This document shows, piece after piece, positions 12,194 to 28,760 of a stretch of 64,000 nucleotides of DNA. Both the position numbers and the translations under genes were made by a program. Under the pieces are notes generated by a model, which had not been told where the DNA came from, ran no database searches, and saw only the letters and a list, made by a program, of their open reading frames with translations. The DNA comes from Cyanophora paradoxa CCMP329. Its lineage: Eukaryota > Plantae > Glaucophyta. Where the stretch lies: assembly GCA_004431415.1 (NCBI GenBank), contig QPMI01000409.1, positions 62,001-126,000 on the forward strand, written 5' to 3'. Positions within the stretch are counted from its first letter, which is position 1. Each line of letters opens with the position of its first letter.

Positions 12194-13717
12194 TTACTTG
12201 TGCTCGGCCATGTCCGACTTGCGGAGCGAGCCCAGCTCCTCCGGCGCCTTAGCTGCAACGACCTTGCTGCTCGCGTAGACCGAGACGTCCTTACCCGCCG
12301 CCTTCTCCCGCTCGACCTGCGATACCGCGTCAGCACGCACTGCTGGCTAGCTTCTTTACCCACTAGAATTCGGACCTGGGCCTTGATCCAGTCGTGGGTT
12401 TTCCGCAGGCCGTCCTCCAGCTTCATCGATGGTGCCCAGCCGAGAACCTACCGCTGCATAAGCACCGCCCTCTGGAAACGCGGAGGGACGCCCTGACCTG
12501 CTTGATGAGGACGTTGTCCGAGTTGCGGCCGCGGACACCCTCAGGCCCGGGGATGTGCTTGATCTTCAGGTCCTTCTTCGCGATCTTGAAGCACATCTCG
12601 GCCATGTCGTTCATCGCAACCATCTCGTCAGAGCCCAGGTTGAGCGGCTCCCTGCACGCGCGGTCAGCTTGCGCTGAGCGTAGAGAACAACGAAGAAAGG
12701 AGACTCACTTGTAATCAGACCGCATGATCCGCAGCACGCCCTCCACGCACTCGTCGATGAAAGTGAAACTGCGGGTTTGCTTGCCGTCGCCCCACATCTC
12801 GAACTCCTGCAATGAAAGTCAGTTCCCTCGAAAGAGGAATGATGCGTGGATTGAGCTGGCCTTCTCAGAGCAGATCGTCTTGCGGAGGAAGGCAGCCGGC
12901 GCCTTCTCGCGGCCACCGCACCAAGTGCCGTAGGGGCCGTAGATGTTGTGGAACCGTGCGACGCGCGTCTGGATGCCGTAGTCCTGCATGTAGTGCTTGC
13001 AGAGCTCCTCGCTGCAGAGCTTCTCCAGACCGTAGGCGTCCTGCGGGGGGGGATTAGCGTGAGAGACGCGCTTGACCCCTCTGCGGAACAAGGCACCTGT
13101 GGTTGTGCGGGCCATGCATCCGCCTCCTTGAGGCCAGGGTTCTCGCAGTCAGTCTGCTTGTATTCGGGGTAGATGCACGCGCTCGAAGCGAAGAAGAAGC
13201 GGGAGCAGCTGTTGATGCGGGCGGCCTCGAGCATGTTGAAGGAGATCATGGTGTTGTTGTACAGGCAAAGAGAATGGTTCGACTGAATGAAGCCCATGCC
13301 ACCCATGTCGGCCGCTACGCGGGAGCGCAGTGAGCGGCAAGCCACGCCCCTCGCGCAACAGCACGAACCGAAGTTGAACACCCAGTCGCAGCCCTTGGTC
13401 GCCTTCAAGCACGCGTGAATGTCACGCAGATCGCAGAGAAGGAACTCGTTGCAGAAGTCCTGCGTGGTGCCAAAAAAGTCAGCGTGAATCGCGTCGCGGC
13501 GGAGGGCACTGCGAGCCTGCTCTTCCATGTACTCATTGCGCTTCCAGTCTGCCACGACGACGTAGTGCCCCTCCTTCTTCAGGCGCTTCGCGGTGTGGGA
13601 GCCGATGAAGCCAGCGCCACCTGCCAAAACCACTCAGGACGGCGCACGTCGGGGACGCCCATTCCTCGCACCGCCGACGCAGACGCGAAGGGGACCCTGG
13701 TTCGCTGGTGCTGCCAT
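12194..13717 (-). CDS. GME: GDP-mannose 3,5-epimerase, multi-exon
   Basis: GGAGFIGSH, AADMGGMGFIQSNHS, ASSACIYPEYKQ, PQDAYGLEKL, GGREKAPAAF, PGPEGVRGRNSDN. Confidence 0.95.
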
Positions 13718-14179
13718 TGTGCTGCTGCTGGACGCGAGGGAACTGCTAGGCTGGCTCGACGACCTGTACCCCCGCCAATGCCGCATCAGGCCCGCATGCG
13801 ACAGTGCGCAGGCACATCTCACGCGCATGCGCATGCTTCCATGGACCGGCATGCCCACTTGCCACGATCGCAGCTGCAGGGTCGAACATTGCCCACTTGC
13901 CCTCTTATGAGTTCGAACATTGGCCCCACTCATTTCTAGGGTGGGCATTCAAGCTGCGATCGCGATGCTATTATCCAGAGCACCACGGTTGCATCTTCGA
14001 CGGCTCGTCAGCGCGCAGAAGGGAGCGCGAGGGGCAGCAGCTCTCGTAAGCGGGGCGAACAGGAACTGTAACCTGCTGCTATTGGAAAATACAGAACTGC
14101 AAACGAAGCGAGCACCCAAAAACTGTCGAGGCGCCTAGAAACAAGGACTCGGGGCAAAAAGCGGGGGCAGTCGCTGGGA

Positions 14180-14934
14180 TTAGATCGCGTCGACGTCGTC
14201 GAAGTCGAACGCAGCCTGCGAGGCAAGCGAAACACGCGATCAGCGTTGCCCTCGGCAGCGTCTGCGACGCGTGCGAGAGGTAGAAGGAGCTACGGACCTC
14301 CTCGTCGGATCCCTCGGGGCCGAAAGTATCCGTCTCGTTGATCTTGGCTGCATAGTCACGCTCTCAGCGACGGCGGAATGCGCGAGGGCGAACTTCATGC
14401 AGCTAGCTTACCAGACTCTGGCAGTTCACCGTAGGCCTTCAGACTGCGGGCCTCGTCCGCGGTGTACTTCAAGATCACATCGGCCTTCGCGCGGGAGAAG
14501 ATGCGGTGTGAGCGGCGGGTGCGACGGTGCATGCGAATGAATGCACCTTCTCATCCTGGTAGTCACGCAGGCCGAGGAGGACGATGTCGCCCTGCGGAGA
14601 AGCGTCAGTCCATCGGCAGCTAAACTCGCGAGATATTGACGCCGGGGCACCTGGTTGACCCAGACTTTCTTGCGGAGCTTCCCGCGGATGTGGCATAACC
14701 TCTTTGTGCCGTCGAAGCACTGTGCCTCGAGGCGCCCATTGCCGAGCATGCGGACGACTTGCGCGTACTCTACGCGCGGACAGCGTCAGGTGGTCAGATT
14801 GACGTGACATACGCCATTCCGTGGGCTGCTCTCGCACCCTGGCCGTCCTCCTTGAAGACGAGCTCGCGCTTCTCATCGCCCTCGTTCTTACCACGCCTCC
14901 TGTTCTTGCCACCCTTGCCCTTGTTCTTCGGCAT
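14180..14934 (-). CDS. EIF1A: Eukaryotic translation initiation factor 1A
   Basis: [65 protein letters not shown]; acidic tail. Confidence 0.97.
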
Positions 14935-15071
14935 TGTCTGGAGGCGAGATTAGGCCTCCGTAGCGGCAAGCTTCAAAGACCCGCACCGTAGATTATACCC
15001 CCCCACCGCAGATTCCCCCTTAGTTAGCTGCTTCACAGGAGAGCCAGCTGCAGGAGAACGCCGGCCCGCAG

Positions 15072-15081
15072 CCTATAAAAG
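15072..15081 (+). promoter_or_regulatory. TATA-like box in the divergent eIF1A/BRF1 promoter
   Basis: cctataaaag about 75 nt upstream of the BRF1 ATG in otherwise GC-rich DNA. Confidence 0.4.
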
Positions 15082-15149
15082 CAGCTCCCAGCGCGGCTTC
15101 CTCGCCAGCGCCGGCCGCGTTTTTGAGCCCTGCAGAAGCCGCCGTGAAG

Positions 15150-17547
15150 ATGCGCTGCGTGTGCGGCTGCGAGGAGATCGAGTTTGACTCGACCCGCGGC
15201 GATGCGGTCTGCACGGCTTGCGGCTCGGTCAGCCCTCGCTCCCAGCCCTGCCGTCCCTGCAGCGCTTGATCTCCGGGCGCAGGTGCTCGAGGAGAATGCG
15301 ATTGTCAGCGAGGTTCAGTTCTCGGAGTCGGCCACGGGCTCCTCCTCCGTCGTGGGGCAGTTCGTCTCCAGCACCGGTGCGCTCCGTCTCAGCTGCCGCT
15401 GTCCATGAGCGCCTGAGGCGCCGCTTCCAGGCATAAAGCCCGCAGCCCGCGGGCCCGGCGGCCACCTGCAGCGCCAGTCGCGCGAGATCACCATCGAGAA
15501 CGGTGCGCCGCCGCTTGCGCGGCGTGCACCCGCCCCCTCTGAGGCGCGCCGCCGCAGGCCGGAAGAAGCTCTCGCAGATCGCCGCTGCGCTCCGCCTGAA
15601 TCAGCACCACATCGAGGCGTCCCAGCGGCTCTACATGCTCGCCGTTCAGAGGAACTTCACCCTCGGCCGCAAAGTGCAGCACGTGTGCGCCGCCTGCCTC
15701 TACATCGTCTGCCGCCGCGAGAAGACGCCCCGTGCGCCGCCGGCGCGCCGCGCGCCGCGCCCCCTCGCCCCCCGCCTGCCGACGGCGGGCGGCGCAGACT
15801 TGCTGCTGGACTTCTCGGACGTGCTGCAGACGAACGTGTACGTGCTGGGCAGCTGCTTCCTCAAGTTCTGCCGCCTCCTCAACGTGACGCTCCCCGTCAT
15901 CGACCCCTCCCTCTACATCCACCGCTTCGCCTCCAAGCTCAACTTCGCGGACAAGACGCACGCCGTCGCCATGTCCGCCCTCCGCCTCGTCGGCCGCATG
16001 GCCCGCGACTGGATCCACACGGGCCGCCGCCCCTCCGGCATCTGCGGCGCCGGTCCGCTCCCGCCGCTCGCCCCGCCCCGCCCCGCGAGCGCCGCCCTCA
16101 CGCTTCAGCCGCCCCCGCGCGCGCAGCGCTTCTGGTCGCGGCGCGCATGCACGGGTTCGAGAGGGACGTCGCCGACATCGTGAACATCGTCCGCATCGCG
16201 GACCTCACCATCAAGAAGCGGTGCGGGGGGGCGCGCGGGCCCGCTCCGCCTCGTGCGCGCCCCGAGCGGCGCGCGCGCAGGCTCTCGGAGCTGGAGATCA
16301 CGCCCTCGAGCGGGCTCACCGTGGACGAGTTCGAGACGGTGGACCTGGAGACCGAGTGCGACCCGCCGGCCTTCACTAAGGGCCGCTCCGCCGCCGGCCC
16401 CGAGGAAGCCTCCGAGGACGGCCCCAAGCCGCCCCCGAAGTCCCGCAAGGCACGCCCCGGCGCGTTTCCGCGCGGGTAGAGCTTTCCGACACGTTTTGCA
16501 GCGGAGGGTGCACGAGAGCGCGGACGTGATCGCGGCGAAGGGGCGGACGGCCGGCGCGGCGGCGCGCTCGGAGGAGGCCGACGAGGACGGGGAGGACGGG
16601 GAGGAGGAGGGGGAGGGCGAGGAGGGGGAGGGGGAGGTGGCGCTCGCGGGCCGCGGGAGGGAGCTGGCGCTTCGCGGCGGGGGCGGGGGCGGGGGCGGGG
16701 CGGGGAAGGAGAGCGGGGAGGATCGGGCGCTGGCGCTGGCGGCGGCGGCCGGGGGGCCGCTGAGGGCGCACGACGACGCGCTCGGCATCGCCGCCATGCC
16801 CGAGGAGGAGTTCCACGCCCTCGAGAGGCAGGTCCAGGTGAGACCGCCACGTTGGGCGCGAGGCGCGCGGCGTGAGTGAGGGCGTCCGGCAGAGCGCGAT
16901 GGAGACGGAGGAGTTCCGGCTGCTGGAGCGGGACACGGCGCGGCAGACCGACGAGCCCATCGGCGGGCCCCAGCGCCTCCTCCTCACCGGCGCCCGCGGC
17001 TCCTCCTCCCCCTCCCCGCCCGCCTCCTCCGCCTCCGCCTCCGGGCCGGTTGCTGGCCCCTCCTCCTCCTCTTCCGCCGCCGGGGCCGGGGCGGGGGCCG
17101 GGGCCGGGGAGCTGGCGTCGGTGGAGGAGGCGGGGGAGGGGGACGGGGGCGACGAGGAGCTGGCGGACGCGGACGACGAGGAGGTGGAGGGGTGCCTGCT
17201 GGCCCCCGCCGAGGTGGAGTCCCGGCGCGTCATATGGGAGGCCCTCAACCAGAGCTACCTCGAGGAGCTCGCCGAGCGCCGCAAGAAGCAGGAGGCCTCG
17301 GGGGCCACCGCCCGCCGCACGCACCGCCGCAAGAAGGAGGGCGCCGACGACGCCCACCGCGCCGCCGAGTCGCCCTACGAGGCCTGCGTCAAGGCCCTCA
17401 AGAAGCAGAAGATGTCCTCCAAGATCAACTACGGCGCCCTCGAGAGGTCCCCCCCCCCCCCCCCCCCGCTCTCGCCGGCCTCCGGCCCGCCCGCTCCTCC
17501 TGATCCGCACCCTCTGCAGCCTCTTCGGCAAGAAGCCCGGCGAGTGA
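15150..17547 (+). CDS. BRF1: TFIIIB subunit BRF1 (TFIIB-related), multi-exon
   Basis: Zn ribbon MRCVCGC...[66 protein letters not shown]; C-terminal KMSSKINY. Confidence 0.95.
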
Positions 17548-17869
17548 TCGTGAGCCCCGGAGCTCCTTCATGACCTCGAGTTTAGTGGCGCGTTCACTTT
17601 GATGCTAGCATTAGCATCCATTAGTGGCCTGCCAGGCCGGGCCCGGTCTGGCATGCTGTAATCATGATCATCCTGTCGACATTTTGAGACGCTTCGAAGC
17701 TTCGAAGCCGTTGAAATGTGAAACTATGAAAGATCTAGAAGATTCGCCTGCCGGCCGCGGGGGCGAGCCGCTGAGCTTCCGAGGCTCCGAGGGGCTCGGG
17801 GGCCTTCGCCTTCGCAATCAGCGAGGCTCGGAGGCCTAGGCCCAGCCTGGCAGCTGGCCCAGTGGCAGG

Positions 17870-18000
17870 CTAGCCTAGCACTGCGGCAGGCCGGGCCTCT
17901 TGAGGCTTCCGAACTTCGGAAGTTCAGCACGTGCCGCACGTGCTGAACTTCCGAAGTTCGGAAGCCTCAAGAGGCCCGGCCTGCCGCAGTGCTAGGCTAG
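17870..18000. repeat. Perfect 131-bp palindrome (65-bp arms, 1-nt centre at 17935)
   Basis: ctagcctagcactgcggcagg...ttcagcacgtgc c gcacgtgctgaa...cctgccgcagtgctaggctag; arms checked by eye as exact reverse complements. Confidence 0.95.
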
Positions 18001-18374
18001 GCAGTGCCACAGTGCCGTCACGGCCGCGGGCGTCGGACTGTCGAAGTTCGTACGTGCACGTGTGATCCGATGATCATGCCATGATGATCGGATCACTGTG
18101 ATCCGATGATCATGACGCCGACACTGCCGTGCACGTGCACGTTGGCCACTGCACGCCTCAGGGCCCGGCGGCCTCGGCGCGGAGGAAGGGGGTTGCAAAA
18201 ACTGAACTCGGTGGCTTCAAGGCTTGTTCGTTCACTGTACTGCTAGCAACCTGATACATGACGCGTCGGACCTACCAAACTAGGACACATGGGACCCACT
18301 TTACATACTACGACATACCCTGAAAACGAGCTCGCGATCGAGGCCTAGGGCCGGCGGCGGCCGGGGCCGGGGCC

Positions 18375-21705
<3,331 letters not shown>

Positions 21706-21950
21706 GACTGCGCGTGCTAGCGAGATGCTGCCCCGGTGACGCTCGCGCGGCCCGGCGGATATCCCTGAACGCCGTACCCTTGCTGGGGGGAGGGGGGGCG
21801 GGGTGAGGCCCCAAGCGCCAGCGCTCGAGCTCTACCTCTCGCTGCGCTGCAAGCTGCTTCGGCACGATACATACATTTTTGTGGCATTGCGTTGAAGTAC
21901 AGGGGAACCCGGCCCCCTAGGCGGGTATCTACAGGAGGGGGCGGCGGGCC

Positions 21951-24900
21951 CTAGGAGAGGTGGAAGGAGCCCTGGCCCTCGCGGATGGCGACCGCGAGGC
22001 GCGCGCGCATGATCTCCTTCGAGCTGTAGTCCGGCAGCTTCAGGTAGTTCGCGCACGTCATCACCTGCGGGGCGGGGCGGTCAGGGAAACAGACGGCGAG
22101 CGTCGCCGAGCGAGCGCGGCGACGAGGCGGAGGAGGCGGCGCACGGTGGGGAGGTAGTCGTCGGGGCTGTGGTTGCCGTCGGGGTTGCGGCGGACGATGG
22201 TGAGCTTGGGGCGGAGGGAGGCGAGGCCGCCGACGGGGAGGCGCGGGGAGCCGGTGACGAAGCGGAGGAAGTGGCGCTGCTCCTCGGCGGACATCTCGGC
22301 GAGGACCTCCAGGAGCAGCTTCACCGCCCGCGACCCGTGCGAGTACCCGTGGTCGCACTTCGTGTGCTCCCCGAGCACTGCCCCCCGAGCCTCAGCGAGA
22401 GCGAGAGAGAGTGTGTGTGCGCGTGAGAGGGAGCGGCGCACTCGGGATGTCCCACTTCTCGCCGTGGCCGCAGAGGAGGAGGTCGAGCTCGGCGGCGTCG
22501 AAGGGCCGCAGGTGGCGGACGGGGAGGACGGCGGCGAGGCCGGCGCGCACGGCCTCGACCTGCTGCGCCACGCCCGAGCCCAGGAGGTGGTCCTCCACGG
22601 CGGCCAGGTACTCGTCCAGCGACTCGAGCGTGACGGCGCGCTCGCGGCCCTCCGGGACGAGCTCGAGCGCCGGCCGCCCCGGGGCGGTGAAGTCGAGGCA
22701 GAGGGCCTCCACGGTGGCCCCGTCGACGGTGAGGGCCTCGGCGCGGGCGGCGCGCTCGGCGTCGGAGAGGGAGGCGTCGGCGAGGAGGGCGGCGCGCTGC
22801 GCGGCGACGGCGCGGAGCTTCTCGAGGGAGGCATGGAGGCCCGGGTCGACGGCGGCGAGGTCGTGGCGCGTGAGCGGGCGCGAGCCGACGACGAGCTGCA
22901 GGAAGGGCGCGGAGAGGTGCAGGTCCACCAGGCGCTGGTCCTGGATCGCCTTCCCCACGAAGCGCCCCAGGAAGGTGAAGTGGGAGAGGAGCTTCTCGCG
23001 CTCGGGGCCCGGGGGCGGGAGCGGGCCGGGGTAGAGGCCGTAGCGGTTCATGACGTAGGCGGAGTTGGGGCGGTCGAGGGAGACGGAGAGGCGGCGGCCC
23101 TCGTCCTCCTCCTCGGCCGCCCCGGCGTGGTCGGCGTGCTTGACCTCCTCGACGTCGCGCCACATGCCGAGGTCCCTCCGCTGCAGCTCGTGCGAGACGA
23201 GGGTGTAGAACTCGAGCGTCGGGCCCAGGCCCGTCCCCGCCTCGTTGAAGTACTCCACCTCGAGGACGGCCTTGGAGGAGCCGTAGAGGTCCATCACCTT
23301 GAGCGCCGACTCCAGCATGCGCTCCCGCGAGATGCGGACCTTCTGCCGCTGCAGGCGCCCCAGCCGCAGCGGGTCCCCGTCGCGCTCGCGCTCGCGGCCC
23401 TGCGGCTGCGCGTGCGCGCCGTGCTGCTGCTGCTGCTGCTGGAAGTGGTGCAGCGCGCGCGACGTCCCGAAGGCGGTCGAGTAGAGGTACGCGCGGCGCG
23501 CCTCGAGGGAGAAGAGGGCCGGGCAGCCGTGCACAAGCTCCCCGCACCACGCCGGCAGCGTCCCCGAGCACAGCGCCAGCGGGTCCTGCGCCCCGCCCGG
23601 CCGGTCAGGGCGGAGGGCGGAGGGTTGCCGCATCGGGCCGGGCCGGGGCGAGAGCGCGCCTGGAGCTGGCGGAGGAGCTTGGCGGTGAGCTTGGCGTTGA
23701 CGAACTCGGCGGGCGGGAGCACGCTCCGGTGCAGCGCGTCGCCGGGCGGAACGTGCGCTGCCGCCTCCGGCAGCCGGTTGATCTGCGGGTGCGGGCGGCG
23801 GGCGTGAGACATCGGGCGGGGCGGGGGCCGGCCCCGGGGCGGAGGGCGCACAGCGTCGAGGAGGCGGAGGAGGCGGAGGGACTCGGAGGCGGCGCCGGCC
23901 ATGGAGGAGGGGGCGACGTCCCCGCGGGCGAGGGCCCACTCGGCGGCCGCCGCGTCCGACGGGGCGGCGGGGAGGCCGCCCGGGGCGCCGGGGGCCGCCT
24001 CGGCGGCGAGGGAGTCCGAGGCGGCGGCGTCGGCGGCGTCGCCGGCGTAGCCCTCCTTGTAGTGGAGGTGTAGACGCGGGCCCAGAGGCTCGAGCTGAGA
24101 GGCCGCCGCCGGCGCCGCGGCCGCCGCCGGGGGCGCCGAGCCCGAGGGCCCGCCCGAGGCCTCCTCGGAGTGCTCGTCCGAGTCGTCGCTCGAGCGCGAG
24201 GGCGCCGCCGGCGGGGCGGAGGAGCTCTGCGCGCCGCCGGCTGCCCGGCGCGCCGCGCAGCGCTGGACGGCCTGGAAGATCGTCGTGCCGAAGCTGACCA
24301 GCTGCCCGTCCATGTAGAAAGAGAGTCGGCGCTGCGGGGCCGCCGCCGAGGACCCGGCCGGCGGGCGCCGCCGGCGCCCCGAGCGCGAGGCCGCCTGCCC
24401 TGCGCCGGCGCCGGCGCCGCGTCGCCGCCAGAGGCAGCGGCGGCCGACGAGCCGGGGCCCGAGGGGCCGCGGGGGCGCTGCGGCCGGCTGCGGCGGAGGC
24501 GGCGGCGGCGGAGGCGGCGGCGGCCTCGACATCGACGTCCTGGACACGCTCCTCGTGGTGCCGGTGCGGGTGCTGCCGCCTCGCCGCGTGCGCCGGCTCC
24601 GCCTCCTCCTCCTCGCCCCCGTGCGGCTCCTCGTCCCCCTCCTCATCCATCTCGTCGCCCTCCCCGGGGTACCCGCCGTCGTAGCCGCCCTCGTCCTCCT
24701 CGTAGTCGTCCTCGATGTACCCGTCGTCCTCCATCCCCTCGTCGCCCCCGTCGCCCTCCTCCTCGTCCTCCTGCTCCGCCCGCTCCGGCGGCGGCGCCGC
24801 CGCGGCGGCCTCCTCGCCCCCGTCCGCCTTGGCGGCGCCTTCGCTGCCCTTGGAGGCGGAGCGCTTGCGGCTCATAGAGCGCGTCTCGCGCATCTCGCTG

Positions 24901-27900
24901 GGGGCCTCCCCCTTGCGCGATGCGCTGCGGCTCCCCGCGCTCGGCCGCCGCTTGCCCTCCGTCGTCTTGTCGCCCTCGCCCTCGGCCGGCGCGGCGGAGG
25001 CCGGCGGCGGCGGCGGCGGCGGCGGAGGCGGGGCCGGAGAGGACATGCGGACTTTGGGCCAGAGGAAGTCCTCGATGGCGCCGATGGTGGCGAGGGGCTC
25101 GATGAGGACGACGTTGGCCGAGTAGTCGCGCAGGCGGCGCTCGTCGGGGGCGCGCTCGAGGCGCAGCTTGAAGGGCTGCGTCAGGGCCCGCAGGCTGCTG
25201 ACGGCCCCCGAGGCGCTCGTCGGGCTCCCGGCCGGCGCGTCGTAGAGGACGATGGGGAAGCGCTCCTGCGCGCTCGCCGCCGCCTCGAGGAGCCGCACGA
25301 GCTGCAGCAGCGGTCGCGCCCCGTCGTGCGCGCAGAACGCCGCCGAGAACGCCGCCAGCCGCAGCTGCCGCTGCGCCGCGTCGCCCTTGCGCGTGAGGAA
25401 CGCCAGCAGCGCCGGGATGACGCCCGACGTCGAGAACTCGAAGGTCGAGAGCGCCGACTGCCGGCGCCGTCAGGCGGGGCGGGGCGCGGCGGGCCTTGCG
25501 GGATGCACAGACCTCGTCGCTTTGCGCGACGCTCGGGCGGCCGCTGATGATGTCCCGGATGCCGGCCAGGAGCTGCCCGTACGCCTCGACGGAGGCGGCT
25601 GCCGGCGCGGCCAAGTAAGAAGCCGAGGGCGTGAGAGGGCGGCCCGCCGGGGTCACCGGAGTCGGAGTTGAGGGTCTGAGTGAGCCGGGCTGCGAGGCGG
25701 CGGAAGCTCTTCATCGCGTCCGTGTCGGCGCTCTCGTCGATCTCCTCCCCGGCGCCCACGGACATCGTCCGCCGCTGCTCCGGGAAGTACCTGCAGGGGG
25801 GCCTCAGCAAGAGAAACAAGGGGCGCGGGGAGGCGGGCGGCGGACCGCTCCCGGAACTCGCGGGCTAGGGCGACGGCCTTGCCGCGGGGGTCCGTGGGCG
25901 GCCGCCGCGAGCGCGGCGGCTCGTCGCAGGCAGCCAGCAGGCGGTCGATCTGCGCAGGGTTCAGAGAGGGGCGAGGGGAGAGGAGGGCGGGGCAGACCTC
26001 GTGGACGACGCCCTCGCGGCGGAGGTGGAAGCGGAAGACGTCGGGGAGCTTCGCCATGAGGACCTCGGCGAGGTGCAGGCCCGCCACCGCCGCCCCGAAG
26101 CCCGCCCCGCCGCTCCCGGCCCCTCCGCCCCCGGACTCCTCCCCGGCCGACTCCGACGAGGCGATGAGGCCCGCCACGAAACTCGAGATAGGAACGTTCT
26201 GCATACGGGCTCGGAGGGGGCGGGGCGGGGCGGGGCGGGGCGGGGCAAGGGAAGCAGCGGAGGCGCGGCGCGAACCCGGAGGAGGCTCTCGAGGGGCCGC
26301 GGCTCGAGGAAGAAGACGACACGGGCGATGGCGGTGAGGCACTTCTGCCGCACGGCGCTGTTCGCGCTCGAGTTGAACACCGACACCAGCGTCGAGAAGA
26401 GGCACTGCACGCGTGCAGCGGCGTCAAAGGCGGGCGGGGGGCGGGCGGGCGGGCGCCGCGCGTCGGAGAGCAGCGCTGACCTCGGCGTAGTTTACGAGGA
26501 GCTGCGGGTTCTCCCGGAAGATGGCCTCCCTCGCTCGGCGCGAGGCCTCCCCGTCCACGCCCTCCTCCCTGGCGGGGGGCTCAGCGGTGGGAGGCGCCGC
26601 GGGGCCGGGCGCGGCGTGCGCACCCGTCGGGGGAGGGTCGGGCGCCGCGGCTCAGCTGGCGGCGGCGGATCGCCAGGCGGTCAGCGGTGCCCTCGTCGAC
26701 GGCCATCGCGAACGAGTCGGCGACGTCTGCGGGCGATCAGCCGCGGGCGCGGGGCGCGCGGCGCAATCGGTGCCGCAGCGCACCGCGGGGCAGGGGCGGC
26801 AGGAGCGCGTTGGCCAGGCTGAGGACCTCATAGACCAGCTCCGTCGACTTGGGGGGACCCACGGGGGCCGCGGGGGAGAGCCCTACCGCGGGCGAGGCGG
26901 AGAGCGCTGCGCGCGAGCAGGGCGCGGTAAGCTGGGCGAGGGCGACCGCTCGAGCACGGCGAGGGGCTGCACCCTCGGACGCAAGGTTGGAGAGGAGGAC
27001 GGAGGTGATGCCGCGGTCGAGGAGGCGCTGCGAGATGACGGGCGAGCCGTGCGCGAGCACGCCGAGCGTCCGCACGACCGCCGTGTAGGTCGCCGGCGAG
27101 AGCTGCGAGGGGCCGGTGGCGGGACTCAGAAGCGGCAGCACGTTCTCCGTGAAGCCGTGCGAGGAGATCTGCTGCAGCCGCTGGTCCGAGTCCGCGAACG
27201 AGTCCGCGAGACGGGAGAAGGCGATGCATGCGCTTTCCACGACTGCCGATGCGCGTGAGCGGCGAGAGGAGCGGGGCGGCGGGGCCGCGTACTGCGCTGG
27301 TCGTGGTACTGGAGCAGGTTCGACAGGTTCGGGAGCGAGTCTGAGACCATTTCGAAGCACTCTTGCGGAACGTGGCGGCAGAGGTTCGCGGCTGTGGAGA
27401 CCGCCACGCGCTGCACGCCAGTGGCGAAGAAATCCAGATACGACAGGGACGCCATCAGGCCTCCGGCGCGGAGAACGACCGAGGGGTGCTCGTGCGACAG
27501 TTTTTCGATAGCCTGTTGCAAGGATACGCATAAGCCGTACGCGAGAAAAAGGGGAGGAAGAAACCGGTCACCTGCAGCGACTGCTCGGCTAGGTCAATGT
27601 ATTCGATCGTCAGGAGGCGCGAGCAGAAGATCGGGACGGCGCCGAAGTGCGCAATCGCGCCGCATGCTTGAGGAAGCGCGTCCATGAGGTGCGTGAGCGC
27701 CCGCGTAGACAGAACTGCAAGGAATGCCCCGGTCAACCAGAGAGACTCCGTAGCCGCGGGCGGTTGCGCACGCATGATGTCAGGGTTATGCTCGGCGTTC
27801 AGGAGCTCCACGAGAACAGGAACAAATTGCTCGACGCTGAAGGAGCTCATTGACTCCTCGGTGCCCATAGACAGGACCTCGCACAACTCGGTGAGGCATT

Positions 27901-28668
27901 CGATGGTCTGCCCGTCGCCCGGTTCTGACTTGAGTGTGGCAAGAAGCGTTCTCAGCTTTGAGGGGCCGGCTGCACGCGCGCGAGCCGCGAAGACGACCGA
28001 TCAGCACGCGCGGCCGCGTAGAAGGGATCCGGGGTCCGCACCGAACGCGTGATGAGGAAAAGCGCCCTCCAGGCCGCTTCCGGTCAGCTTTCGGAGAAGT
28101 CCCTGCAAGGCCGAGGTTGCAAGATTACGGCCGCTGGAGCCTTCGCCATCGCTCCGCTCTGCATCCTTCCTGTCGCCCTGGGGTGACCTGTGACACAGGC
28201 GATCGGGGGGTCACATGGCGCCGTCAGCATTGCATCGTACATAGCCCGCGCACTTCTTGTCTCCCGCGCCGCCCTCCATCCCTGGCGCCTGCTCTTCGCG
28301 CCCCTGCTCCTTCTCGGGCGCAGGAGCGTTCACAGGACCTGCGGGCTCCGAGGTCGCGTTTGACGCCTTGCCGGAGCTCGAAGTTCTCCTCCTGAAAGGG
28401 TGCGTTGGATGTACATTCAGCGCGGAACAGCGGAGGAGGGCGCGTCAGGCGGCTCGGACCGCTTGGAGGATGAGTCCCGCTTCGTCCCCTGCGGTTCCTC
28501 CTGAGGCTTGTCTGTGGATGCGGCGCGCGCTCTGTGCGCGTGCGGGGCGCCGGCGTCAAGTGCAGCGGCTCGGCGGCACGGTCGCCGCGTGCACCTCGAC
28601 TTCCGCGGCTTGGATCTGGATGGGCTCTCTTCGGGTGTCTCGGCCTTCTGCGAACGCCGCGTCTTCAT
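21951..28668 (-). CDS. UPL3: HECT E3 ubiquitin ligase UPL3/TRIP12/Ufd4 family, multi-exon
   Basis: N-terminal MKTRRSQK; ARM region [18 protein letters not shown] and [19 protein letters not shown]; LTQPFKLRL; [12 protein letters not shown]; [13 protein letters not shown]; C-terminal [18 protein letters not shown]...EGQGSFHLS. Confidence 0.93.
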
Positions 28669-28760
28669 AGGCCGCGCATCCGGCGAAGGCTGCCTGTACC
28701 CCACTGCCTTGGGTACAGTTGTTGTTCACTAGTGCAGGAGCGCTAGGCACCATTTCAACC

